Below are positions 13,791 through 27,644 of a stretch of 64,000 nucleotides of DNA, in pieces. The notes beneath the pieces are model-generated. The model saw only the letters and a list, made by a program, of their open reading frames with translations. It had not been told where the DNA came from and made no database searches. The stretch spans positions 6,175,102 to 6,239,101 of the forward strand of contig NW_002060944.1 of the NCBI RefSeq assembly GCF_000150275.1. The letters are read 5' to 3'. A program made the translations under genes and the position numbers. Position 1 is the first letter of the stretch. Each line of letters begins with the position of its first letter. The DNA comes from Trichoplax adhaerens (Eukaryota; Animalia; Placozoa).

Positions 13791-13915
13791 TTAAAGGGAA
13801 AATTACTCACCAAAAAAGCAAGTTTCGATTCATTATTAATTTCGAAAATTAATAATCGAAATTAATTAATAATGAATGAAAACTTGCTTTTTTTGGTGAG
13901 TGATTTTCCCATTCA
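13791..13915. mobile_element. ~115 bp palindromic MITE, Kolobok-like (TTAA|AGGG end)
   Basis: ~50 nt near-perfect inverted arms (GGGAAAATTACTCACCAAAAAAGCAAGTTT.. / ..AAACTTGCTTTTTTTGGTGAGTGATTTTCCC) with a ~10 nt loop. Left flank TTAAAGGG; right flank CCCATTCA, two mismatches from CCCTTTAA. Confidence 0.6.
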
Positions 13916-15589
13916 ATGGGATGAAAGTGATACAGTACAGTACATGATAGCGTATAAATAGTACAGCGTTACCGTGATGATAGAGACGTTGTTTTTTTGC
14001 TCGTGCTAGGCTAATATTCCTCACTACGCAGGCGTAAGGAATTTTTTAATTTTAAAAAAAATAACCGCCACAAGTCAACTGTAAATACTCGATTGTACCC
14101 ATACCGTCGTCGTATTGATGTTGTAACAACGCATGTGTCACTACGTCACCAACAGGACGGTAAGGTCAATCATTGGCGTTTCAGTCAACACCACCAGTCA
14201 CTCCATTTTCAACCATACCGCAATATCTTGTCATCACTAAGGGCTGAATCGGCCTGAATGACCAATCCAACCGTCTACAATATTGATGTGATAGAATCTA
14301 CTGGGGAAGACTGGACTACCTTCCTTAATCTTCCAACAACTTTTGTAGCTTTGAGTTTGCAACACAGTGATAATTTGTTAGGGAAATTTGACCTGAAGGT
14401 GTAAACTATAAAATTGACAGAAGACTTGCATCAAGAAGAAGTCAACAAGATTCTGCATTCTTCTCAAGATATTAGAGCCAACGGGTATGTTAGTTTGTCA
14501 CTTGTGGTCATTCTTGTCGACGTCATTCACATACTAAGGAGTATTATTGCTACGCTCGTACATGCTCATCCACGCAAAGCGATCCCTATATTGGATCGAC
14601 AAATTCTGTCAAGTGCCCGGAATCTTGATCAGAAAAATAGTGTTCATAAGTAGAAAATCAATGAAAAATGACGCTAGTTGTGCACATAGTCAATAACGAT
14701 TGAATATTGTAATGTTATAGTCCTACTTACTACAGTACTTGACTTTTAGAGAAGAAGATGAATATATTGTAAAATTAAATAGAACGATCGTTTTTGAAAA
14801 TCAATCTAAGTTCGATAATGACTTTATGGTATCGTATACATATTCAGCAGCCTACACTATAATACAACTCGATCCCAACTAGCATAGATTGCAGCTGTCC
14901 AATGTGAAATGAAATGAAAAATAGCAATAGAAACCTACAGTACTCTACAATACACTAGTACAGTATGTTATGTTAAGTGAAGTAATCGAAGTTCTGCTCA
15001 TTTTTCATCCAATAACTATCAGATACTGCGATAGCTAACTACAATACAGTATCCTATACTTTCTATGCTTATCGATACAGAAATAGCCGTTACAGAATTC
15101 AATTTATCATTGATAGTTATACAAGTAAAAATTGCTACATATCCAAACTTTCAATCGATTTATATAAACTGTATAGACTGCTAGGATATTCATAAAAAAA
15201 TGCCATTCGTTTCAGGCAAGAAATATCATCTTGGTTCAGTTCAATTATGCATGCGTATGTGATTATAAAAGTGCTACTATTAACTAATTAATACACCGTA
15301 GTATAGTGCTGGGTTGGCTAAAATTTAGCAATACTTACTGTGTACAGTGTACATCTTTAAAACTGATACAGTCCTAAACAATGTAAGTATGACGATTAGC
15401 TGATACCCACCTATGTCTATAAAACGAAGCTAATGATTGCAATTTATACAAAACTTCTCTTTTCTTATGACTAGCTTCATCTAGAGTGAATTACATACGC
15501 AAATAATTTAGATGATTTCTGACCAATCTCGAAACATTATGTTAATTTACCATAAACTCCTAAATACTTACTCTTGTCTAATATTTCAG

Positions 15590-18500
15590 CCAGCGACGAT
15601 CGAGTCATGGAGTAGTCGTCAAATTACCGAATCCTAGAGACAAAGGTAACTTATGATAACAGATTGATCAAATCTTTAGTAGCTAACATGTTCAAGAAAT
15701 ACTAATAGATCAATGCCATGTATAATATTTCTTGTAAAATAATCATGCTGCACATGTCTTCGTTAACGACGATTAATCTCATCAGTTCGATTCTTTTTGT
15801 AAATTAAACACAATTCTCATTTATTGCTTAACATGAAGGTTATCAACAACGTTGTATCAAGAAGTTGATGGAGGTCAGTTGATAGTTGCTTTTGCAAGTT
15901 TAAGAATATTAACCGTTAAAAATGTTGCGCTACGGCTGCATAATTAATTATAGGCATTTGTCAAATGCCAATTCGTTTTATATCCTTACAACAGGTATAC
16001 TCTTCTAATACTGTATATTAACTTTTAACCATTGTTCTCGCCATTAGTTTCTCATTGAGAATTCCTACCCTCATCAAGTTTCTACCAAGAATCTAATGTC
16101 ACCTAGCTCTAATGATTTCATACGTGTATTTCAGGTAATTCATCTATATTTATTATACTTAATAATCAGTTGCTACTTTATTAGAACATGCTTATCTATT
16201 AGGTAGCATAATTCTCGAGCTATTTACAACTCCGATGTTTAGAAGTATTTTTCTAATTTATCCTATCAAATTAAGCTAAGGTTTTCCCTACTTAACTTAA
16301 GACATTAATTTTTTAGTTTATATACCAATTTATAATTCCTAATGTTGCAATTGGTAAAAAATATGAAGAAGAGGTACCAAATATATTCAGATCGTTAGGG
16401 TGAGTATGCTGCTACTGCTGTATTCTATTAGTATAATTAAAAGTAAAAACGTCAAACGTTTTGGATAGGTGGGTACTATTATTTTAGGTAGCACCTGTGT
16501 AAACTTCAACTGAAACAGAGTAACATAACTAGGCCTAAATATTACGCTGTTATCATTCACTGTAGCTATCCAGTTACTATTTCTAAAAGTTTCATGTTCA
16601 GTGTTGGCACACCCCATACATGGCCTATACTCCTACAAGCACTAACCTGGCTTACAGAAATAGTTCAGGTAATGTTGATAATACCCTAAATTAACAAAGT
16701 TATTACTATTAATAGTTTTTATTGGATTCTGTTCACATTACTATAACAGCTGGCACTGCTCTTTGAAATTGATGAAATTATGCTTCTTGATAGCGATCCA
16801 ACCAGTTCATTGGCTGGTGAGGTGGTTGCGTCGGATAGAGCCGTAAGGAATAACTCTAAGTGTTATTTATTCCGAGATTAATTGCTGTATACGGTACTTA
16901 CAATCGGTTACATTCACAGTTACAATATGATTATATGACAACTGGGTACAATGAATTTCTCCTTGGGAAAGATGACTACCCGGAACTGCAAGAACACTTG
17001 CAACAAGAATTAGGTGTTTTTCCTGTTAATTAATTACTAATTCGTATACTGCCTATAGTCGTAGATATTGTGTATTTACAATGAACGTTAGTAATTAATT
17101 GTTTATGTGTACTTTTTTAGATAGAAGATGGAAGTCTGTTCGTGAAAGTAAGTTGCATATTTGTTTCTTTGTCGGAATTACGCAGTAAGTTAAAACTGTC
17201 TTAATGTATAAATTGTTAGAAATTAGCTCTATTGAAACTCATATTGAACACCAAATGGAAGAATTATCTATTCTGGAAAATGATCCGGTATGACCTACTT
17301 ATTACGTTATGTACGTATTTCCTTGATATTATATGCAAACTCAAACTTTGTTACTTTCTACGTGGTAAACTATTTACAGTTATCTGTAGATAACTTACAG
17401 AAAAAGCAGGCTATCCTAATCGAAGACAGGTAATCTCTAGTACGAACTAGCATTTGTGCTTCTTGATAGTAATACTATCGTTTCCTGTTCAAGAAATAAA
17501 TTCAAGAAATATATACAAGACCTTCAATTACACAACAGTCGACTTGTAAGGCTAGAACAGAAACAAGTAGAGGAAAAGCAAACTTTAGGTCAGAGTAGGA
17601 AATAATATCATAACTTTAGCTTGCCTAAATATAACCTATTAGTATAATAAAGTCACCTACAACCTAAATTCGTTTATTAAACAGAATCCGAAACTCGGTC
17701 GCTGGAGGAACTCAGTAAAGACCTTAAAGTAGGCATATTTAGTTTAGTATAAATTTCTTCATGAAAAATAATAACAAATTCTAATCTTCCCGATAACGTC
17801 AATATAAAGGCAAGAATTAGCGAACAGAAGCTAAGTGCAAGCGCTGCTGAAAAGATTAAGATGGCAATCAAGGAGAAACAGAGCCTTTGCAATGTATTAC
17901 AAAAAGAGCTAGACGAAGGTAACGAAGAATTGTGGAATTCGGAATTAAAACTGACGAAGAGACGCGATAAGGTATTAAGCGCTAAATTAGTATCGCAATA
18001 CAATATGCTATTCCATAAACTTATCACTACGATATTATAGCAAATAAAAGTGACCTAACTGTTATTATCATGTATGTATTAAATATAGTATGAAGAGGCC
18101 TATCGGCTGTACTTGAGCCATGTTAAAAAAGTGCTACCCTCTACTTCGGAAAATGAATCAATCGAAAATTATGAGCTGTGCATCAATAAAAATCTAATTA
18201 GTCAAAAACGGAAAGTTGTTAAGGTAAACCTTCCTAATGTAGTATGAAAACTCAATTGAAATGGATAACTCTAATGTATTTCTGTCATAAACTTATCGTG
18301 TATGCTTGCTTGCTGTATAGAATACAATTGCATGATTATTTCGTGTTGTTGCAATTTTAGCCTAAAATATCACAAGTTAAGCGAGAGTTCTCGGACAAGA
18401 TTCGCCGTTGCAACTCTAAAAGAGTGACGGAAGAAGCGAATGTTGAAGAGGTTATTTATGTACTTAAATATTATTTACGTATAGTTTCTTTAGTTCACTG

Positions 18501-19396
18501 TTGCATAACTTATATTTAAATTATTGCCGCATTTAATCAGTAGAAATATTGATTAATACTTTAAATTGTATTTCACAGGTTCTGCGTTCCCTTGCTAATA
18601 CACAAGACCGTTATGAAGGATTGGAAGCTGAAATTACATCCATTAAAGAAAAGACTCAAGCCGAAAAAGTGGTTCGTATCTAATTTTGGGCATGGTATTT
18701 TCAATAATTTTAAAGTTTTAAAATGATATCTGCCTTGTTACGTAATTAATGAAATGTTAGGATTTCCGTGATCGAAAGAAAGGCTTAAAAGACAAGGTTA
18801 CAGATATTGATAATGAAATACTTCAAGATCGCAATTGCGAGAGTAAATGTGATCGCATCCGCCGGGAAATAGAGCTCTTAAAGAAAGAGTAAGATCAAAT
18901 TTCGAGTCAAGTGCTAAATTATCACTCCCAGTATTTGTTATTTTTAAGTATAATTGCAAAGATTTTTAATCCTTGTAACCTCTACTCTCGTAGGCAAGAA
19001 AGAGTTAACCAAGAGATAATTATATCGACGGGTGACATGGATCGAGAGATCTGCAAAGTAGCAGAGGTCGTCGCTAAACATAAGAGCTATATGAAGGTTA
19101 GTGATCATAGATCTTCTGATAAACTGACTAGTGTAACTAATTTATATTAGTCAGGCTTTTCAATTAGCGAAGTTTTAGAGGAATTTCATTTCTTCATACA
19201 AATTATTAGTAAAATAATATTTTAAATGCTTGATCGCGTTGCGTAACTTTAATAACAAGTACTTTTTGATTACCTGAACTATCACAGTCTTTAGCTGACA
19301 ACTGTAGCAATGAAGTTACTAAAATTATTAAAAAAAGATTGAATTCATTAACTGAATGCAAAGAAGAAATTGACCATCTTGTGCTGGAACAATAAG
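15590..19396 (+). CDS. NDC80: Kinetochore protein NDC80/HEC1, many short exons; start codon and N-terminal tail exons upstream unresolved
   Basis: Spliced CH domain: PNPRDK|GYQQRCIKKLME|FLIENSYPHQVSTKNLMSPSSNDFIRVFQ|..KKYEEEVPNIFRSLG|YPVTISKSFMFSVGTPHTWPILLQALTWL. Coiled-coil exons follow, ending EEIDHLVLEQ* at ~19396. Confidence 0.92.
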
Positions 19397-21910
19397 TTAA
19401 CCTTGTATATAAAATCTACTCTGCTACTGGATGTTACTTGTTATAAAACTTATTTGAAATGCTGTACAAAGGACAGTTGTCTAATCAACTATGGCTAATG
19501 GTAAATATATTGTTGTCGAGATAACTAACATCCATAAAGAATTTCAATAGCACCATCTCAGTAAGATAATATTTTTTTAGTATGCACGCTATGATTAATG
19601 ATCTCCACAGTCCACTTTGAGCTAATTTTTATCGGAGCAAATATCTTGTGTATACTGTACGATTCACTGTAATTTATGATTTGTGTAAACTTGTAATATG
19701 TCAAAAAATTAGATAGTGACAATGAATGGAAATGACTTCAGTTTCTAGAATCATCTTTGCGAATACCATGCAGTAAATTCACACTTATATGGTTCGATCT
19801 TTTATATTTCATTGTATTATATTTGAGTGTTTCACAGTGATGTAACTCACGCTGACAATATTAGTATATCTGATAACGCTCGTTAATGTATGATTTATAC
19901 GTATTAGATTTTATACATTGTTATCTTGTTTATGTTCTACTTTTTATGAACATGCATCGCGGTTCAATTCACCTGCAAACGACCATAGGAATATGGTTCA
20001 TATGTAATAATATTTAGGTATAAACTTCAAATATCATATAACTTTTCATCTGTAACACTATAGTAGCAGTTACTGCGCACTTTTATACATGAGTTGTTGG
20101 TTATCGTCTGCTTAACAACTTATTAGTTGCGATAGTTGGCAGATGGAATTATACAGTAATTGTAACGTTAGTATAGGTTGTATTAAAGATGCGAGGCCTA
20201 TTCAATTTAGATTACTTTATATTTGTGATCGCAGAAGAGCTTGATTTTAAACTTGCATTGTATAGTGCAATACTGTACGTACGCGTATATAATATTGATT
20301 GCATCCGATCCCATTATACCCTGAGATTCATATTTAAAATTAATAAATTGCAATACATATAATAAAATGATCTGCCTCGATGTAGTGTTAGATGAATGCC
20401 ACAAAACACTTCATTGATTGTTACACGTATTACTCTATTATAACAAAATTACTTGTATTTAAAGTAAATTTATGCCATTACAGACCACTATAGCAGCTCG
20501 AGCACCGTACCATAGTGCGCAATCAACCTTATATGTGAAATACGGATAGTTGTGCAGTATAGCAAATTTTCTTTTAGCATGCATGCGTACGTAGTATCAT
20601 ACATTTGTACAGTATTTTTCACTGGATCTTGATTTATTCGTTGGTTTAACTGAAAGATTAAGCTATCTATAGAGAATTACATTCATTAAGCAAAATGAGA
20701 TTAATTTTAAATATATTTCGTTAAATACCTTCTAGTTGTAGAACCTTGAATATCAATCGGTTTTGTTACTCCATATACGGTGTCTATTAAAACATTACCT
20801 TAACTATTTACACTGTTAACTTTATCACTTCATTCGCATTTGATATATGATCAGTGTTTCGTTTTCAACTATGAGAAGGAACACGACCTAACACGCGCAT
20901 AACGTGGATCTCTATGGAAAGATCTGGCTTTTCATCAAAATTTAAGTTTATATAACTTTAATTTCATACTGTTCCTCTAATTGTGCAATATACAGTACAA
21001 TCACAAGAGTAGTACTTCGACTAGATTTGGCAAAAGGCATCGATCTGTATCAGCATGCTCGTATGGTATAACATGCAATGGTGTAATATTATAACGTATA
21101 GTAAAATGGCTACTTGTTAATCGCGATGATTATGCACTGCACGCATTGATTAAGACCGTTAAATTTAAGGTGAACAGAAGTTGGCTAGAAATAGCCTAAA
21201 ATACAGCGTTCCAGTTGAAACATATTCATACTTTTCTAGCATCGAAGTTATTGTGTGGATTAACATTACTGATCGACGTGGTTTACTACTAAATCCTTAG
21301 TACTGTATTTGTACCCACTTAACAAAAATGTTTAGATCGACTAACTCTTGTATGTAATCAGAGATCATTTGAGTTAACGGCATTATGATTCTAGCACATC
21401 ACCGGCCGAAATGCTTTACTGTAGCTCTTCTTATAGAACGTTATCTTTTACAATAAAAGCTGAGCGTCTGTAAATGCGCTGTTGTTAGAATCTTGAAACT
21501 TGTAACAGTTACACACGGCTCGTGTAAACGTACCTTTTAACGTAAGAACTGCTGCGTCCATTTTTTCTATTTTATTTGGGAATACATCAAATGCAAGATA
21601 CATGATAGCTTTATGTATTTGATATAATATAGCAAAATTTGGCGCCACGTTTGTATATTGTAAACTGTAAAGTTACTTCAAGTCATTACTCCGCAAAAAA
21701 TAATGATAATTGTGACACAAGCCATAGACTACTAAAATTTTTTTTTCACCAATCCATACGCGAGCCTAAACATCTCAGAAGAATTAACCTTGTACGAGGA
21801 TCCTAGCGAATACCCAGAATTTTATGTTTACTTAAGCTATTGTTACAATCAAATCTTTAGTGATGAAATGTACAGTATAATTCATAGACTAAGAGGATTC
21901 TTGCTTATGG

Positions 21911-22170
21911 GACAACTATCCCTCGACAACCAAACGCATTTACGATATGGTGGAAGCAGAATTAGCTTTATGAAAGTTAATTCTTCATGACAGTTATTCA
22001 AGGAATTGCCCTTAATATAACATTAAACATATACTGTAATAAAAGGTTCATTTACCAATGTTAATTCAATTCCCCGGACAACTATCGCCGATAACTAAAC
22101 GCATTTGTGATATGGCTTAAATAGCTTCATAAAAAACCAATTCTTTATGAAAGAGTTATGAAGGCATTGC
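21911..22170. repeat. Diverged direct duplication (~100 bp, 2 copies)
   Basis: GGACAACTATC..AAACGCATTT..GATATGG..TAGCTT..AATTCTT.ATGA..AAGG.ATTGCC at ~21911 and ~22076. Confidence 0.75.
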
Positions 22171-22685
22171 CGCTAAGTTACCATCTCTCTTTACTTGTGC
22201 ATGTTTGAGATATCTACATTAGTCTCACAAGTCGCGCTGCCTGTTCATTAACCAGTACTGTATTTATGTTACGGCCAATGTAATTAGAAATCGGGCATCG
22301 TATTTAGACTACATTTTCATGGGCGTGGTGAGACCTTGGTTGAAAGTTGAAAGCTGTTCAGTGTTCAGCCTTAAAACAATATTGTAGCCCTTAATTAGGT
22401 CTTCCAATTTTGAAGCTATTTACTTTGAATTTGGCTAAAATTTCACGAATACAAGTCACTACAACCTTGAGCAATTGGTAGTTCATGTTTTTATTTTTGA
22501 CTTTTTACTGCGTTATTGAGTTATTTTATTTATTTCTTTGCAATCTTTAATACAAACTATCAGTCACCGGCAAGTGTACGGTCAGTTCAACCAGTTCTAC
22601 ACGCTGAAATAATGGTTTCTTGTTCGACCGGAGTTCAGTACAGTACAGTACAGTAACTATATCTACAGTACATGTACAGTACGCG

Positions 22686-22750
22686 TAGACCTGAGAAAGG
22701 TTCGGTTCGGTTCAAACCGTTTTGATCTGTACGCGTTACTCGCTGGTTAC
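22686..22750 (+). mobile_element. hAT-like transposon end fragment (copy 2), ~240 bp upstream of the CLUAP1 ATG
   Basis: TAGACCTGAGAAAGGTTCGGTTCGGTTCAA, homologous to the copy at 5793. Confidence 0.5.
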
Positions 22751-22925
22751 CGAAAAGATTGCTACTGGACCTACAGTACACTAGTACAGTACAGTCCGTA
22801 CAACAGAAGAGACAGTAGACAGTCAACGGTACGAATGCCGCAGTGCATTATGGACTGAGCACCGTTTCCATGGATTTTATGCAAAGTAAAAAAAGAACCA
22901 GATGAAATCCTAACATAGTAGCAAA

Positions 22926-25711
22926 ATGTCATACAGAGATCTACGAAGTAAGTAAATTAAATATGAAAATGCTTATCACTACCGTACATGATCAAAATTT
23001 CATGATAGTTTTAATTCTAGTACTAGTTAAGAGAATATATCGACAAGGACTGAAATTGATCACTACTTTAACTGTGTAATGTAGACTTTACGGAGATGAT
23101 GCGAAGCTTAGGTTATCCTAGGCTTATATCAATGGAAAATTTTAGACAACCAAATTTTCCACTGGTAGCTGAAATTCTTCTTTGGTTAATAAAGAGGTGA
23201 GATTAGTTGTTTTAAATCTATCTTAAATTGCCAATAGTATCTGTGAAATACCGGCCAATATCGTCTTGTTTAATTCGGCTTTACGCTAAATCTTCTCGTA
23301 CATTGAATCCAGTGTTACAATGATATACAATAAATAATAAAGCAGGTACCGATACAGAATATACTTATCATGAAACGTTTCACGATATGCTGTTATCAGT
23401 TTAATTAACACAGTAAGACAAATTGAAACTTTGAAGTATTAGGCGTACACAGTAGTACATTTTTGATTATTTCATGTAGTTATCACAGAATTTGCATCAC
23501 TTTAGTTGCTATAGCGATATAATATCACCTAAAAAGTTCAAAATTTGAAAATTATACGTTGAATCGATTTCCGGTGATACAATTCTCGAATATCATAATA
23601 GCTAGCATTATGGCTTACCAACCCCTAATGTATAATGTTTTTGATATCTAGCTACGATCCTAACCTGGATTTACCTTCCGATATTGATACTGAACAAGAC
23701 AGAATCTTTTTCATTCGATCTACGGCCCAACTTATGGTCAGAATTTGAATGATCATGCTATATGTGTTGTGGTATTGTAAGTTGCTTTCTGTGATAATAT
23801 ATTACAGAATTATAATATATCTTAATTATCGGATAGGCTACCAAAGCACACATTAAATTAAATACCAAGAAGCTATATGGAGCCGACGGTTATGCTGTCA
23901 AAGAAATTTTAAAGATTACAACAATATTATACAATGCTATGAAGGCAAACAAACAGAATGAGGTTGATTAAACGCTCAGTTAGCAATAATTGTCGATGCA
24001 ATAATGATACTAACTGAGATAATTTATTTAGGAAAATAATTCTTCTGAAAATGCGAAAGCAAAATTTGATATTTCTAATAAGGTAAAATTCTTGGCTCAT
24101 TTTGTCAACTTTCGTTTTTCCTTATCGATAGTTAATCTTAAAATATTATTATCATCAATCACTGAATATAGATAACAGATCTAAAGCAATCCCGGCATTT
24201 AGCGTCGGATATTACCACGCGCGGAGCTAGCGTATACGATCTATTGGGTGAAGAGCCTGATTTAAGAGTAAATAAACCGTTATATGCGACAGTTCGTTTG
24301 ATATTTATTGACGGTAAAAGTAAACCTACTTTTTTTATTTATGACATAGGATCAGCGTACAACAGCACTTGCAAGACCTCTAGAATTGGATGATCTCGAA
24401 GATAGGGTATCCAAAAGTGTATCATCCGTCGAGGTAAGTTAATTATGATGTTAAACATTTTCACCCAGCAAAAATTAAAATTATTCATTATTAGGAGCAA
24501 CATCAACACACTGAAAGAATGCTCAACAATATTGCCTCAGATGAAGCTAACTTAGAAGCGAAAATACAAAAAAAGAAACAAGAGCTAGAAAGAAATCAAA
24601 AACGATTAAAAAGTCTTCAGGCTGTTAGGTAGGTATCCTAGTTATGCTAACGAGAATTCAGTTTTATCATGACTTCTTCCTTACTTCCCTTCCTTTTACA
24701 TTTAATATCACGTAAGATTTTAAAATATATACTACAATCATTTATATTTTAAAAATTTGACTTTAGACCAGCATTTATGGACGAATTTGAAAAACTAGAG
24801 GCCGAACTACAAAAGCTTTACACGGTATTTTCGATAAGTTCGAAGTTCAGACAACATTTTCCTCAAGTATGACACCTAATATTTTAAGCTAATTACACTT
24901 ATTTAACCTATCTAGGGATATTTTGAAAAGTATAGAAACTTAGTTTATCTAGAGCAACAATTGGAAGAGAACAATAAAATTGAACAAGAGAAATTTGAGG
25001 TACATTTCTGGCAAGCTTAAATCTGTTACTATTACAACCTAAAGTAACAAATATATTTTACGGATATTTCGTTAACTATGAAGACTATGCTGCTTTAACA
25101 AACTTTACTTACTTAAATGATGATTATTACTTGGAATGATAAATTAGCGAACAGAGTTGTCGTTAAAGAGAATGCAAGATGACAATGATGGAGATTACGG
25201 CAATTATCAGAAAGGTATTAGAATTAACGGAACAGGAGAGTTAGACGATCACGATGAGTTAGAACTTGACGACAGTACCAACGAACAAGGTAAATTTATC
25301 ATTCGAAATGATTGCATTTTGTCTGACGATATTTTACAGATTAATTTCATCCACTAATAAATTATCGCGTTTATTAAGTTAACAACAATGCGATGTACGG
25401 AAGAATTGGTAATGGTTCAGATTCTGAAGTGAGGACTTATCAATAACTTGACCACATTTGTATATATTGTTGGTATAATAATTAAATACATCATAATAAT
25501 AGTAATTTCACATCACTCATATACGTCAAAATGATTTACTTCGTTACTACAGGAAAGTGGTACATTATCGTCTGAAGGTAGCGGTTTGGAAGTAGAAGTA
25601 GATGAAGATGAAGATGATGAAGACATTATTGACGATGACGATGATGACGATGACGATATCGAATCTAAGGATAGATCACACAGTCTAAATGATAGTGACA
25701 ACGATTTTTAG
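22926..25711 (+). CDS. CLUAP1: Clusterin-associated protein 1 / IFT38 (IFT-B subunit), spliced
   Basis: MSYRDLR|[122 protein letters not shown]. Acidic tail ends SDNDF*. Confidence 0.96.
23505..23518. promoter_or_regulatory. Candidate RFX X-box in CLUAP1 intron 2
   Basis: GTTGCTATAGCGAT fits the palindromic X-box consensus. A partial site GTTTCCATGG lies at 22864, just upstream of the ATG. IFT genes are classic RFX targets. Confidence 0.4.
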
Positions 25712-27644
25712 TACTGTACTATAATCGCTACTTTGGATCTATGACATCGGTAATCATTGACAGGTTCGCCTTTCAGGCAATACTTTAGAAATGGTAGTCT
25801 CAGTGTTCAATTTTTTTTGATTAGATCCTATGACGAAATTTATGCACATCGGTAATGCTCTACGCCAACTTGGCTATGAATAGCAAATACACAGTATTTC
25901 AGCGATTACCGTAGATAAAATTTAACTATCGAGTAAAGTGATGTTATAGACTATAACTGTAATTACATTACAATGTTGTATGATACTACGAGCGAATTTG
26001 TAAAATATTTGAAAAAGCATCCAACACGGTAAATTTGGGTAATACTTCTACTATGACAATAGAAATATGCATTTCAACATTTATTTACCAATGTCAGTAT
26101 CGACACATGTCAAATTTATAATACCGTCTGATTAAATATGAAAGTTTGTCAAGGTCGGTCGATGCAAGAGCAATTTTCAATCTTAGGAGATTATTTTAAA
26201 ATTGAATTTTTTGCTGCAAACTTATCGCTCATAGTGCTTAAATTTATGTGTATACCGTAACTATTGGCCATTAAAAGGGACAAGATCAGTTAACTATCAA
26301 GATACTCTTAAGATTTTGTATAAGAGCCAGGGTAATATAAGAGTATCTTCTATTCATTAATTATAGACCTGACCGACAGCGATGACATGATGTCAAAGCC
26401 AAAACTTGCTTCACGGTGTAAATGATATTCCCTTGATTCTACAGACAATGTTAAATAAGCGTATAAAAATCGTATCGTTTGTTCAAAAATTCATTGCTAT
26501 ATCACTAGTAGGTATGCTGTCTAACGTCCGCTGATCATTTGTAATCATGATTATTTAAGAATCGACGGGGATGATTATGTAAGAGAATAAAATTATCCAC
26601 TAGACTATTGAATTATTATTGGTTTCTCGATTGAAGTTAACTCTTTCGGCAGTATTACGCCTGTATCAATATAATTTTTTAGTAAAATTATAACCAAGCT
26701 AAATAACATTTAGTATTTTTACCAACTCAGTACGTGTTCAATTTCTTTCGAGTAATTTTTGTACTTAATGATATTATTGAAACTTCAAGCACGCAACTGT
26801 GCATTAGTCGATCATCACGTGGAATAGAGACGCTTTACGTGTGAGATGGTGATTTGATCATCTTCAAGCTTATTTAACGAGTCATGTAATGGAAATTTAT
26901 CGAATCATTTAAATCCTAAGTTATGCCGAGTTTGCAATCAGTGATCAACGTCATTATATGCATACTGTAAGCAAAAAATGAATGAAGCAAGATTTAAATA
27001 GCACCTAATTGATCATCAACTATTGAGTATTGCAGCGAGTATGATGGAAAGATTGAAAGGGGTTGTTCGTTGTTACTAAAGTTACTTATTCATTCGTCCC
27101 GACGCATTATATGACCGAATGCTGATCGTAAGGACCCTGTATTGACCTTGTAGGATATTACAATGTTGAAAAAGCGCTTGCTTGTTTCACGTTGAAAGAC
27201 TTCTAGAATAACCAGAAGTTTAGTTCGGTATTAACTTTTCTCGTTTTTCAGCCATTATTACAGTACACTGACAACGGTCGTATTACTAAGAGACCCTCCT
27301 CATTTCAATTAATCACCACTAGCTACAGTAATAAGCAGAAAATAGAATAATAAACACGTGATAGTTGATCACAAGTACTGTATATAGAAACAGACGTGTG
27401 TATTTGGAAAGTAATTTCACTTATTTACAGTAATACATTCGAACTTGATACCGTTTTAAGCTACGCTAGATTTAATTGCTTAAGGTATCCTTCATTTGTT
27501 CTTTCTTTCTCTATCCGTAAAACTTTATTGATCAAATTGCATTAACAACACTCAAATAGGGAAGCCTGATATCACACTAGTGATGTTGGATTCATTATTA
27601 ATAATTGAATTCTAATCATGATGGTACACTTGTTGATGAAGAGG

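Noticed and set aside
13636-15500. Specific NDC80 start/5' exons (13636 ATG, 14421 block, micro-exons near 15372 and 15475)
   Set aside because: I could not assemble a unique phase-consistent chain by eye, so the 5' end is left unresolved.
16387-18027. Minus-strand ORFs 16387-16617 and 17677-18027
   Set aside because: Antisense shadows of NDC80 exons.
25513-25701. Ser-rich minus-strand ORF
   Set aside because: Antisense of the GAT/GAC acidic tail of CLUAP1.
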